A DNA stretch of 64,000 nucleotides from Amphiscolops sp. MND2022 (GCA_964187785.1 OZ076409.1:76324001-76388000); one strand, 5' to 3'; shown: positions 1-11,999, counted from the stretch's first letter. The notes: a model not told the origin generated them from the letters alone. Numbers and translations are program-made.

Positions 1-900
1 AATTGATGGAGTAATAGCCCCAAATCGCACACATTTTGTCGAATTTTTTCGAAACCCTAGTCTATCTCTGCCGTTTTTTGGCCAGATTTTTTTCCAGGAC
101 CTCTCCTAAAGGCCTCCCCTGGCCGGTTTACCTCCCAGAAAAACCAGTTGGCCCTAAATACGGAGTTTCAGCATTCCAGTATTCCCCGGGTAAAAGATAA
201 ATGACTTAGAATTTTTTTCGAAAAATTTTCAAAATTTTTTTTTCAACTTCAGGCCTCCCAAAGTCAGGAAACTTCCACACAACTAGTATTGCAAGTTAAT
301 GCATGTGGAAAGTGCTTGCATAGACAAGAAAAATGAGCTATTATACGACTCTGTAGCTTAACCTGACGTTGACTTATGACAATTTTAGTAAGAGCTTCCT
401 ATGTGAGAAAAAATTTCAAAAAGTGAAAATTGAATCTAAGTCTCTTCCAAAACTCATCGGAATACGTTCAATTCACACCAGAGCGGTTCAATTCCAGTTG
501 TATAGTGCAGCAACACCATTCAAGGTCTTTTGGTCCATTTTTATAACTTTTGACACCGTCTTGTTCATCCGATAGCACAAAACAGTTGAGTACATTCCAT
601 CTCCCCCCTTGTGGGGGAGATGAGAATATACTCGCTAAAAGTCAGGTACTATAGCGCCCATTTTGTTTTATTCGACGCTAGTGATGCTATTGCACACGAA
701 TACAATAGTTTTGTCAAATCATGTTTGACATGATGAATCTTACTTTACCTTTAGTTTACGTTTACCTACTACTACAACATCGCAGCCCTAACGTCAACGC
801 CACACACTCTCACTAACGCCCACCGTCCGTGGGCATGCCGAGGCATGCCCTTCGACGACGTATGCCAAATAGCGCCACAGGGCGCAAACTTGTCCGCTAG
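1..900 (+). mobile_element. Non-autonomous unit, short class (5' part outside the window)
   Basis: GAGTACATT hairpin 588-633, core, CTAG. Confidence 0.8.
790..900 (+). other. Conserved right-end core (first copy; present at 29 of 31 termini)
   Basis: CAACGCC-N-AACGCCCACCGTCYGTGGGCATGCCGAGGCATGCCCTTCGACGACGTAT, then ~26-41 variable nt, then CTAG. Confidence 0.9.
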
Positions 901-2169
901 GTGGCCGGGAATTTTTTTTTCAGCAAAATCTTTGCCGCTGGGGGAGGGGCCCCGGGCGGCTGTTAACCGGAATTCATACTATGCAAAACCTATCACAATT
1001 CTCAGATCTCAGGATCCAGCCTGTAGGATTCGCTCAAATTTGGCACAGAGCCTCCTTGAAAGATTATAAGAACTTTTTCCTAGTGGCGTTTTTCGATTGA
1101 AATATTTTATGTTGACCAAAATTGCGTTTAAAATGCCCATTGTTGCGTTTTTATTGTCTTTTTCGAATTTGACGGTCCATAACTTTTTTTGAGGTGCTCG
1201 GAGCGGGTCGCACGTGGAGAACAATATTACTCAGCACTAAAAGGGGAGTGCGTGAACAAAATTTCGTCCAAATCGGATGAAAATTGGATGAGTAATAGCC
1301 GGAAATTTGGCGCATTTCGTCGACTTTTTTCGAAAACCCAGTCTATCTCTGCCGTTTTTTGCCCAGATTTTTTTCCAGGTCCTCGCCTAAAGGCCTCCCC
1401 TGGCCGGTTTACATCCCAAAAAAGCCATTTGGCCCTTTTGCCGCAGTTTCAGCGTTCCAGCGTTTCCCGAATAAAAGATAAATGACTTAGAATTTTTTCA
1501 AAAAATGTTCAAAAATTTTTTTTTTCAATTTCAGGCCTCCCAAAGTCAAGAAACTTCCACACAACTAGTATTGCAAGTGAATGCATGTGGAAAGTGCTTG
1601 AATAGACGAGGAAAATGAGCTATTATAAAACTCTGTAGCTTAACCTGACGTTGACTTATGACATTTTTAGTGTGAGCTTCCTATGTGCTAAAAAATTAAA
1701 AAACGTAAGTCTCTTTGAAAACAAATCGGAATACGTCCAGTCAACCCCAAAGCTGGTAAATTGCCGTTGTCTAGTGCAGCAACGCCATTTAGAGTCTTTT
1801 GACCCACTTTGATACCGTTTTGATACCGTCTTATTCATCCGATAGCACAAAACTGTTGCGTACATTCCATCTCCCCCTTTGTGGGGGAGATGAGAATGTA
1901 CCCGCTAAATGACACGCACAATGGCGCAATTTTATTTTTATACAATGTTTTCTAGGCTGTCGCGCAAGCCCACTAATATTTAGACTGGTTTCTTTCTCTT
2001 TCACTCCAAACTTTCCCTACTAACCACCTTACACACCATCAGCTCAACGTTACTTCTGTAACGTCAACGCCACAAACTCGCATCAACGCCCACCGTCCGT
2101 GGGCATGCCGAGGCATGCCCTTCGACGACGTATGCCCATTAGCGCCACAGGGCGCCCAATTTTTTCTAG
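901..2169 (+). mobile_element. Non-autonomous unit, short class (1269 bp)
   Basis: GTG start, GTACATT hairpin, core, CTAG. Confidence 0.8.
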
Positions 2170-3479
2170 GTGCCGGGATTTCTATTCGATAAAGTATTTT
2201 GCGCGGTTGGGTAGGGCCCCGTGAGCGCGCCAGGGGATTGTGTTAGAACAACCGGAAATTCGGCATACGATTTTGGCGATTTTCTAAACTATCCATACGA
2301 TTTGGCTCAAATTTGGCATACGGGTTCCTGAGACAGATATAAGAACTAATTCCTACTGGCGTTTTGCCCGGAAAATTTTTTTTGTTGCCCAAAATTGAAA
2401 TTTTCGGCAAAAAAATGCGATTTTTTTTGAAAAATTTTTTTTGAGAGGCCATATCTTTTTTCAGGGTGTCCGGAGCGGGACGCGTTAAACTGATTATAAA
2501 CTCTACGGTTCATGGGCTTTACGGAGAACCTAAGCTCGTTTCGCTCGGACAAATAGTCTTGGAGATATAACGGGATTTTTCGGGAATTTTTTGAAAATTT
2601 TTCTAACGGTCCAGCTTATCTTTGCCATTTTTTCAAAAATGCACTCGCCTAAAGGCCTCCCCTGGCCGGTTTTATTCCCAGCAAAACCATTTGGCCCTAA
2701 ATACGGAGTTTCAGCGTTCCAGCATTCCCGGGCGAAAAGTTGTGGGACTTAGAAAAATTTCAAAATTTTTCAAAAAATTTTTTTCCGTTTTCCGTCCTCC
2801 CCCCCGAGGGGAAAAGACCCCCCAACCAGTAATTTGAGTGAATTCATGTGGAAAGGCCATGTTTAGAGGAGAAAAATGCCGTTTAGATCGTCTTTTTATT
2901 TTAACCTGTCGTTGACTTATGTTGTTTTGAAGGTGATGTTTGGATGTGTGAAGCATGTGAAAAGGTAATTTATTGTGTCTTTAGCTCTTCTAAAAGCCAT
3001 TGAGATACAAGGTGTAGCACTCAGAACGTGTTTAATTCTAAATTAGCAATGCATCAACACTTTTTGTGTCTTTGGACTCTGTTAAAAAATTTTTTCCGAC
3101 TAAAATCAAAAATTATTTATAATTATTCACATTTTTTTCTGATCTCATGACTCGAAACAGTTGAGTACATTCCATCTCCCTTCCCGGGGGAGATGAGAAT
3201 GTACTCTCTAAAGACCAGGTACTACAGTACTTACCTTCCCCGAGCAACGCCCCATAAAAATTGCGTTTTGATCATTCTATTTTGACATAATTCTATCTTT
3301 GTAATTTGACTGGAAATGAAGAAAATCCGCACGTGCTCTTTTATATCAAGTATCTTAACAACGCCATCTCTTTAACGTCAACGCCCCATAGTTCACATCA
3401 ACGCCCACCGTCCGTGGGCATGCCGAGGCATGCCCTTCGACGACGTATGCCAAAGATATTCCCGAGCGCGTTAGCCTAG
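2170..3479 (+). mobile_element. Non-autonomous unit, short class (1310 bp)
   Basis: Same architecture. Confidence 0.8.
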
Positions 3480-4748
3480 GTGCCGGGATTACTATTCGTT
3501 CGAGTATGTGGCGCGTGTGGGTAGGGCCCCTGGCGCGCTCTTTTATTTCGGGTACACCTACTCCAAATTCACGATGTGATTTCGACGATCTCGTAAACTA
3601 GCCACACGATTTGGCTGAAATTTGGCACACGTACCCCCCTCGGCACGGTGAAGATGATTCCCTACTGACGTTTTGCCCGCTAAACATTTTTTGTTGACCA
3701 AAATAACGGTTTTTGGTGGAAAATTTTCAACTTTTTTTAAATTTCATCTTATATCTCGCCCCAGGTTTACGCTAGCGCTTCAAAACCTTGCTGACGAAAG
3801 TTTACAAACTGTCTCAGGAATGCGGTGTGAAAATTTCAGCCCAATCGGACTTAAACTCGAGGAGATATAGCGTTTTTCCGGAGCGGGGGGGTTTCATTTT
3901 TCTAACGGTCCAGCTTATCTTTGCCATTTTTTCGAAAATGCACTCGCCTAAAGGCCTCCCCTGGCCGGTTTTATTCCCAACAAAACCATTTGGCCCTAAA
4001 TACGGAGTTTCAGCGTTCCAGCATTCCCGGGCGAAAAGTTGTGGGACTTAGAAAATTTCAAAAATTTTCAAAAAAATTTTTTCCGTTATTTGGGCCCCCA
4101 AAGTGGGGCAAAAGACCCCCCAACCAGTAAAGCAAGTGAATGCATGTGGAAAGCCCTTGTTTAGACGAGAAAAATGGCGTTTAGAACGTTTTTTTATTGT
4201 AACTTGACATTGACTTTTGTCGTTTTGAAGGTGACCGTTAGATACGGAAAATTGATGTTTTGAGTGTTTATCCCATCTGAAAGCCATTGAGATACAACAT
4301 GTTTTGCTCAAAACGTGTTTCATTGCAGTTTCGCTGTCCATTAACACCCTTTGGTGTCTTTTGACGTAATTTTTTTTTCTATAATAACAATTTCTTTGTG
4401 TATTTATTCATTTTTTTCTCATCAAATAACTTGAAACAGTTGAGTACATTCCATCTCCCTTCCCGGGGGAGATGAGAATGTACTCGCTAAAGGTCAGGAA
4501 CTACGGTCTATATCTTCCACAACACAAAAGAGATTGCAAATTGTTTCAGTTTGTCGCAGAAAACTTCTTTTTGCACTCTGTGACTCGACAAAGTGAACGT
4601 TTCTTACTTACTTTGAATCTCACCATACCACAACTCATCTCTAACGTCAACGCCCCCCACACACATCAACGCCCCCCGTCCGTGGGCATGCCGAGGCATG
4701 CCCTTCGACGACGTATAGCAAAATATATTCGAACGCGGTAGCCGCTAG
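3480..4748 (+). mobile_element. Non-autonomous unit, short class (1269 bp)
   Basis: Same architecture. Confidence 0.8.
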
Positions 4749-6016
4749 GTGCCGGTGTTTTTCACGACAGAGAAAGTTGCGCGCTTTGGGTAGGGTCCCG
4801 GCGCGCTTTTGGGGTTCATTTTAACAACCTGATAGGACACATGCTGAAATGACCGATCTCCTAAACTACCCTACCAATTTTGCTGAAATTTGGCACGAAG
4901 CTTCCTTGGAACATTCTAAGAACAAATCCCTACTGGCATTTTGCTGGGAAAAATCAAAAAGTTGGTCAAAAATGCAATTTTCCGACAAAATTTTGGGGTA
5001 AAATTTTTTTGAAACGTTATATCTCGCCACATGGTCACGCTAGTGCCTCGCAACCTATGATCGTGTTTTGTTGGGCGTTGTCTGTAGAACACGTATGCCA
5101 AATTTGGTGGCGATCGGACTTAAACTCAGGGAGATATAGCGATTTTTTAGGTGCATTTTTTGACATTTTTTGCATTTGCCGATTTATCTCTGCCGTTTTT
5201 GCCCAAATTTTTTTTTGAGACACTCTCCTAAAGACCTCCCCTGGCCGGTTTACCTCCCAGAAAAACCATTTGGCCCTAAATACGAAGTTTCAGCGTTCTA
5301 GCATTCCCGGGCAAAAAGTTGTGGGACTTAGAATAGTTTTTATGGTAACGCAAAATGTGTAAAGTCAACTTCAGGCCTCCCAAAGTCAAAGAACTTCCAC
5401 ACAACTAGGATTGCAAGTGGGTGCATGTGGAAAGTACTCGGTTAGACGAGAAAAATGAGCTATAGAACGACTCTGTAGCTTAACCTGACGTTGACTTATG
5501 ACAATTTTAGTGTGAGCTTGCTATTTGGTGTAAAAATTCAAATGATGAAAATCGAAGCTAAGTCTCATCCAAAACTCATCGGAATACGTTCAATGCATCC
5601 CAAAGCGGATTAATTCGAGATGTTTAGTGCAGCAACACCATTCAAGACCATTTGACCCATTTTTATAAGTTTTGACAACGTATTATTCATACGAGAGCAC
5701 GAAACAGTTGAGTACATTCCATCTCCCTTTCGGGGGAGATGAGAATGTACTCGCTAAAGTCCAGGTACTACAGCCCATATTTGCTTTTATGCGACGCTCT
5801 TATGCTAGTGCGCATACTTTTTAATCGTTTAACTGAATTTTCTTCTGTCTGCACTTTGACTTTGACTTGACATATAGTGAACGTTTTGTCTTACAACTTA
5901 CAAATGAGTAACGTCAACGCCCCATCCTTGCATCAACGCCCACCGTCCGTGGGCATGCCGAGGCATGCCCTTCGACGACGTATGCCAAGATATATCCCAA
6001 TCGCGGTAGCAGCTAG
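4749..6016 (+). mobile_element. Non-autonomous unit, short class (1268 bp)
   Basis: Same architecture; body nearly identical to 26879-28147. Confidence 0.8.
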
Positions 6017-7285
6017 GTGGCCGGGAATTTTTTTTCCACTCAATTCTTTGCCAACTGGGGGAGGGGCCCCTGGTGGCTGGTGTTCGGATTTACATACTAC
6101 TGTATTCGGGGCTACATTTTAACGATCTCGAGATCTAACCATACGATTCGCCTAAAACTTTGCATGCAGGCCCAAAATGAGATTGTAAGAACAATGATAT
6201 AAGCGTTTTTCCTGAATTTTTGCAAAAAGTTGGTCAAAAACGCAAAAAATGGGCCAAAATTGACCTCTTTTTCAACTTTTTTATTTTTGAGAGCCCATAT
6301 CTCGGAACGAGGTGGCCGTAGCGGGCCGCATAAGGACTCCGTTTTTGCTGGGCACTTGATGAGGAGTGCGTGGACAAATTTTCGTCCAAATCGAAGGAAA
6401 ATTGACTGAGTAATGAGTGATTTTTTGACGACCTTTTTTGCGAACCCCATTGTATCTCTGCCGTTTTCCGCCAAAATTTTCAAAAATGCTTCTACAGGAG
6501 GCAATCCCTGCCCAATTTTCTGCAAAACAAAACCATTTGGCCCTAAATACGAGGTTTCAGCGTTCTAGCATTCCCCGGTGAAAAGTTATGGGACTTAGAA
6601 ATTTGTCAGTGAAACGCAAAATTTGTAAAGTCAACTTCCGGTGCCCAAAAGTCACAAAACTTTCACACAACTAGTATTGTAAGTGAATGCATGTGGAAAG
6701 TACTGAAATAGACGAGAAAAATGAGCTATAGAACGACTCTTTACCTTAACTTGACGTTGACTTATGATGTTTTGAATGTGAGCATCCTATCTGATTTTAA
6801 TGTCAAAAATGAGATTTTGTAAGTCATGTCTCATCAAAAACTCAACGGAATACGTTCAATCATCTCTATAGCTGTTCAATTGCCGTGGCTTAGCGCAGCA
6901 ACGCCATTTAATGTCTTTGGACCCATTCTGAAAAATTTTGACACCGTCTTATTCGTCCGATATCACAAAGCAGTTGAGTACATTCCATCTCCCCCTTGAG
7001 GGGAGATGAGAATGTACTCGCTAAAGAGCTGGTACTATGGCCCATATTTGTTTTTAATTGACGCTTCCTATGAGGTTTCACACGGATACCTCTATTTGGT
7101 AACACATTTTCTTTTGCACCATGTTTATATATGCTAAACCACTTCATTAGCTTCTACTATCTATACTCACACATGACTAACGTCAACGCCACATACTCGC
7201 ATCAACGCCCACCGTCCGTAGGCATGCCGAGGCATGCCTTTCGACGACGTATACCTAGTATACGCGTTAGCGCGGTAGCCGCTAG
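6017..7285 (+). mobile_element. Non-autonomous unit, short class (1269 bp)
   Basis: Same architecture; A/T variant of the core palindrome. Confidence 0.8.
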
Positions 7286-8682
7286 GTGGTCGGGTATTTT
7301 TTTTACTCGTATATGACGTTTGCGAGGCTTTGGGGAGGGCCCCGTGCCGAGCCTGTACCGAAATTTACCACATACCAGAAGTGTCCGATTTAATCGAGAT
7401 CTCCAAAACTAACCGTTAGAATTCTCTGAAATTTTGCATGTGGCCCCTAATCAATGAGTAATGAAAAAGTGTAGGAGTGACGGTTGCTGAAAAACTTGTC
7501 TTTGTTGCACTTTTTGCGCAATTTGTGTCGCATTGTTGCGTTTTTTATGTCATTTTCGACTTTTCAAGCAAAAAAGTCATAGATGCTTTGTTCCTAGCGT
7601 ATCAAGTGTGGAGCACGAAAAGTTGCAGCATCTTCAATAACGTATGCTGAGAAAATTTGGTTGCCCTCGGCTTACCCCCCACAGAGATACAGAGGTGCTT
7701 CCGGTTATTTTTGACCCCTAAATTTGGGAAAATGCTAATTATCGTAATAAAGCCGTAGAGTTAGCGTGTGCACACCCTGCTGGAGATTTGTTAGGCATTT
7801 TGAGATAGATCCGATGACATGCGTTCAGTTCACCCCCATCACCCCCTGGACCGGAAATGAACTTTTTTGTGTCCTTTCAGACCGGAAGTCTCCATTTTCA
7901 ACGGTAAGGAGTCCTTGTACGAACAACTCGCAGGGCATCAAAATTGAAGTACAATGTGGGGTGAGCCTAGTTACCACGTGTTGTCCAGTCATGGGTACCG
8001 CCATGACCGGAAACGGGGTCAAAACCCCCCCTATTGGTTGTTTTTTTATCAGTTTGACTAGTGTTTGGTCCACATTCAAGTCGCATAAGCACATTAAACC
8101 AGTGTGAGCATAGACTGCATGTTCACTGCGTAGACGTAACTGACGCTGCCATATACCGGAAGTAACCCCCTCTGACCGGAAGGGGTCAATTTTGACCGGA
8201 AATGGTCCAAAAAGTAGCGTAAATGCAGTTTTTCTTTGCTTTTTAAGGTCAAGTTACTACTTTCTTTTCAATTTGAATGCTATTTTCCACGCAAAAAGCT
8301 AACATCGTTGCATGTTTTGCTGAAGATCTGAAAAGTGCCCACCTTTATCACCCCCGATAGCCTTTCAAGTTGACCTTGGGTCAATCTTGAAGGCTATCTG
8401 TACTTAAAACGAAAAATAGAGTTAATTAGATTTCTCCTTTACGTTGACATTTTTCCTTCACATTAATTTGTTATGAAAAGAGTTTTTCCCAACTGAAAGA
8501 TCTTAAAATTGGTCAAAAGGTGCCACCCTGACAAAGATTATTTGCAATTGAAGTAAACTGAGAAAGAAGGTAGTGTTAGTCGACATCACACAAACTTACC
8601 AACGCCCACCGTCTGTGGGCATGCCGAGGCATGCCCTTCGACGACGTATGCCCAATATACGCGTTAGCGCGGTAGCTGCTAG
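7286..8682 (+). mobile_element. Non-autonomous unit, middle class (1397 bp)
   Basis: GATAGCC hairpin 8356-8398, ACCGGAA motifs, core, CTAG. Confidence 0.8.
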
Positions 8683-9949
8683 GTGCCGGGATTTCCATTC
8701 GATAAGGAATTCTGCGCGTGTGGGTAGGGCCCCTGGCGCGCTCCTGTGTTTTCGGTTTTCCTACTCCTAAATAGACCCCCTAAATTCCGGGATCTCCTAA
8801 ACTATCCATACGATTTGGCTGAAATTTGGCACACAGCCCCGTTGGAACATTGTAAGAACAAATCCCTACTGACGTTTTGCCCGCTAAACATTTTTTGTTG
8901 GTCAAAAATGCAATTTTCCGACAAAATTTTTGACTTTTTTTCAAGTTACAGTCTATATCTCGTCCCAGGGTTACGCTAGCGGTCCCAAACCTCAGTCAGA
9001 AAAGTTTGCAAACTGGCTCAGGAATGCGGTGTGAAATTTTCAGGTCAATCGGACTTAAACTCAGCGACTTAGAGCGTTTTTTAGGTGCATTTTTTGACAA
9101 TTTTTGCGTTTTTCGGTTTATCTCTGCCGTTTTTTGCCCAAATTTTTTTTGAGACCCTCTCCTAAAGACCTCCCCTGGCCGGTTTACATCCCAGCAAAAC
9201 CATTTGGCCCTAAATACGAAGTTTCAGCGTTCTAGCATTCCCAGGCGAAAAGTTGTGGGACTTAGAAAAATTTTTTGGAAACGCAAAATGTGTAAAGTCA
9301 ACTTCAGGCCTCCCAAAGTCAAGGAACTTCCACACAACTAGTATTGCAAGTGAATGCATGTGGAAAGTACTCGAATAGACGAGAAAAATGAGCTATTGAA
9401 CGACTCTGTAGCTTAACTACGTTGACTTATGACATTTTGAATGTGAGCTTGCTATGTGAGAAAAAATGCAAAACATGAAATTGGAAGCAAAGTCTCGTTG
9501 AAAACCCATCTGAACACGTTTAATCCATCCCAGAGGGCTTTATTCGCAGCTGTCTAGTGCAGCAACATCATTCAAGGTCATTTGACTCATTTTTACAAGT
9601 CTTGAAATTGTTTTATCCATCCGAGAACACGAAACAGTTGAGTACATTCCATCTCCCTTTCGAGGGAGATGAGAATGTACTCGCTAAAGTCCAGACACCA
9701 CAGCCCATATTTGTTTTTTTTGCGGCGCTTTTTATGCTAGTGCGCACACGTATTAACCTTTTAACTGATTTTACTTTTGTCAGTACTTTTACTTTGACTT
9801 GACATATACTGAACATTTTGTCCTTCTATCATACACATGACTAACGTCAACGCCCCATCCTTGCATCAACGCCCACCGTCCGTGGGCATGCCGAGGCATG
9901 CCCTTCGACGACGTATGCCAAAGATATTCCCGAGCGCGTTAGCAGCTAG
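8683..9949 (+). mobile_element. Non-autonomous unit, short class (1267 bp)
   Basis: Same architecture. Confidence 0.8.
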
Positions 9950-10998
9950 GTGCCCAAATCCATTGATTTGCCAAACACTTCGAGGGCGGGGTAGGGCCCC
10001 CAGCCCGAGTCAAAAGTCGAAGACAAACAACTTAAGGCAACTGTCGAATTCTCCTATCGATTTTCTAAACGAGCCATACGATTTGGCTGAAATTTTGCAT
10101 ACGGCTTCCTATAACAATCCTAAGAACTAATCCCTACTGGCGTTTTGCCCGGAAAAATCAAAAAGTGGGTCAAAATCTTAGTTTTTTGGTCAAAAAATGG
10201 CGTTTTTTTGGAAAAAATTTTTTTAAGAGCCAATATCTCGCTCCACAGGCCCCGGATCAAAAAGTGTACAATTGTTCGCGTGCTAGGCACTTCATGAACT
10301 GTCCGTAGACAAATTTTCGTCCAGATCGGATGAAAATTGACTGAGTAATAGAAAACTTTGAAAGTGATTTTGACGACATTTTTCGAAAACCTAGTCTATC
10401 TCTGCCGTTTTTTGCCCAGATTTTTTTCTAGGACCTCTCCTAAAGGCCTCCCCTGGCCGGTTTACCTCCCAGAAAAACCATTTGGCCCTTTTGCCGCAGT
10501 TTCAGCGTTCCAGGATTCCCCGGGTAAAAGATAAATGACTTAGAATTTTTCGAAAAATTTTCAAAAAATTTTTTTTTCAACTTCAGGCCTCCCAAAGTCA
10601 AGAAACGTCCACACAACTAGTATTGCAAGTGGATGCATGTGGAAAGTGCTTGAATAGACGAGAAAAATGAGCTATTATAAACCTCTGTAGCTTAACCTGA
10701 CGTTGACTTATGACAATTTTAGTGTGAGCTAGCTATGGGAGAAAAAATTTCGAAAATTGAAAATCGAAGGTAAGTCTCATCCAAAACTCATCGGAATACG
10801 TTCAATCTATCCCAATGCGATTTAATACCAGCTAAATAGTGCAGCAACATCATTCAAGGTCATTTGGTCCGTTTTTAAAACTTGAGCCAATTTAAAAGAC
10901 AGTTTGAGTATAGGTAGGTTTTTGCTTTTTCCAGATGTCGGAGATGACTTTTTCTGCATACAGGTAGTATTTGGTAACAGGTTACGTCCAGTAAGTAT

Positions 10999-11305
10999 CT
11001 TATGGGTTGACCAGACGCCCCAGTAGGTCTGGCACGCTTTTCGGCACCGCGTTTCCTGAAGCCGCTGTGATAGGTAGGTTGTTTTTTGTAAAAATTCACT
11101 CGAAAAATTTTTCCTTATGGGTTGACCAGACGCCCCAGTAGGTCTGGCACGCTTTTCGGCACCGCGTTTCCTGAAGCCGCTGTGATAGGTAGGTTGTTTT
11201 TTGTAAAAATTAACTCGAAAAGTTTCCTTATGGGTTGACCAGACGCCCCAGTAGGTCTGGCACGCTTTTCGGCACCGCGTTTCCTGAAGCCGCTGAGATA
11301 GGTAA
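10999..11305 (+). repeat. Tandem repeat, ~114-bp period, ~2.7 copies
   Basis: CTTATGGGTTGACCAGACGCCCCAGTAGGTCTGGCACGCTTTTCGGCACCGCGTTTCCTGAAGCCGCTG at 10999, 11114 and 11227. Confidence 0.95.
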
Positions 11306-11354
11306 GTTTAAATTCCTTTAATACTAAGGCTTAGTTTTTTTGTCCCACGTTTTT

Positions 11355-11490
11355 TCGGATTAGGTTTCTTTAACTAACTTTCTTAGGTTTTTTAGGATTA
11401 GGTTTCTTAGGCTTACTTTCTTAGGTTTTTTAGGATTAGGTTTCTTAGGCTTACTTTCTTAGGTTTTTTAGGATTAGGTTACTAAGGCTC
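11355..11490 (+). repeat. TTAGG-rich minisatellite, 38-bp period
   Basis: TTAGGTT at 11360, 11398, 11436 and 11474 with conserved intervening sequence. Confidence 0.9.
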
Positions 11491-11999
11491 AGGTGTAGGT
11501 TTTAAACAGATATTAAGTTATCATGTATTTTGTTTTTTATCAGGGACTGCAACAACGACGAAAAAGGAATAACCTTGACGCAGCTTCTTTTCAGTTGAAT
11601 AATTCACTATTCATTTCATTTATTTCATCTATCGAAGATTTCATTTTTGTTAATTGAAACCTTTGAAACCGAGTCTTTTATTATTCCATTACACATTCTT
11701 TCGAATTTCATATTACTTACGACATGATTCATTTTCGGCTTTATATTTTTTCCTAATAATTTTCTACTTACTTTTTTATTTCCTTCAAAACATTGTCATC
11801 GGCATGAGAAATACGCGGCCTCTATCGACTGCAAATTCTGCTTTTCTTTGTCAAAAAACACATATATTTTTCAAATTACTTTTGAATTTGAATTTGAACT
11901 TTTTATTTTTCGATTACATTTTTTCTACTCTTTATGCTTTTAAACTGTAATCCTCAGAATTCTATCTGTTTTCAGCTCAAAATTTTTCAGAGCTTCAAT

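Noticed and set aside
901..9949. Tandem rRNA, tRNA, snRNA or ribozyme genes
   Set aside because: I could not recognise 5S, tRNA, U-snRNA or hammerhead/HDV consensus features by eye; an Rfam/Infernal search would settle it.
369..10130. Short ORFs in the short/middle units (e.g. the PPSVGMPRHALRRR peptides)
   Set aside because: They are translations of conserved DNA motifs; frames, starts and stops differ between copies.
11355..11490. Telomeric repeat tract
   Set aside because: TTAGG occurs within a 38-bp minisatellite, not as a pure tandem run.
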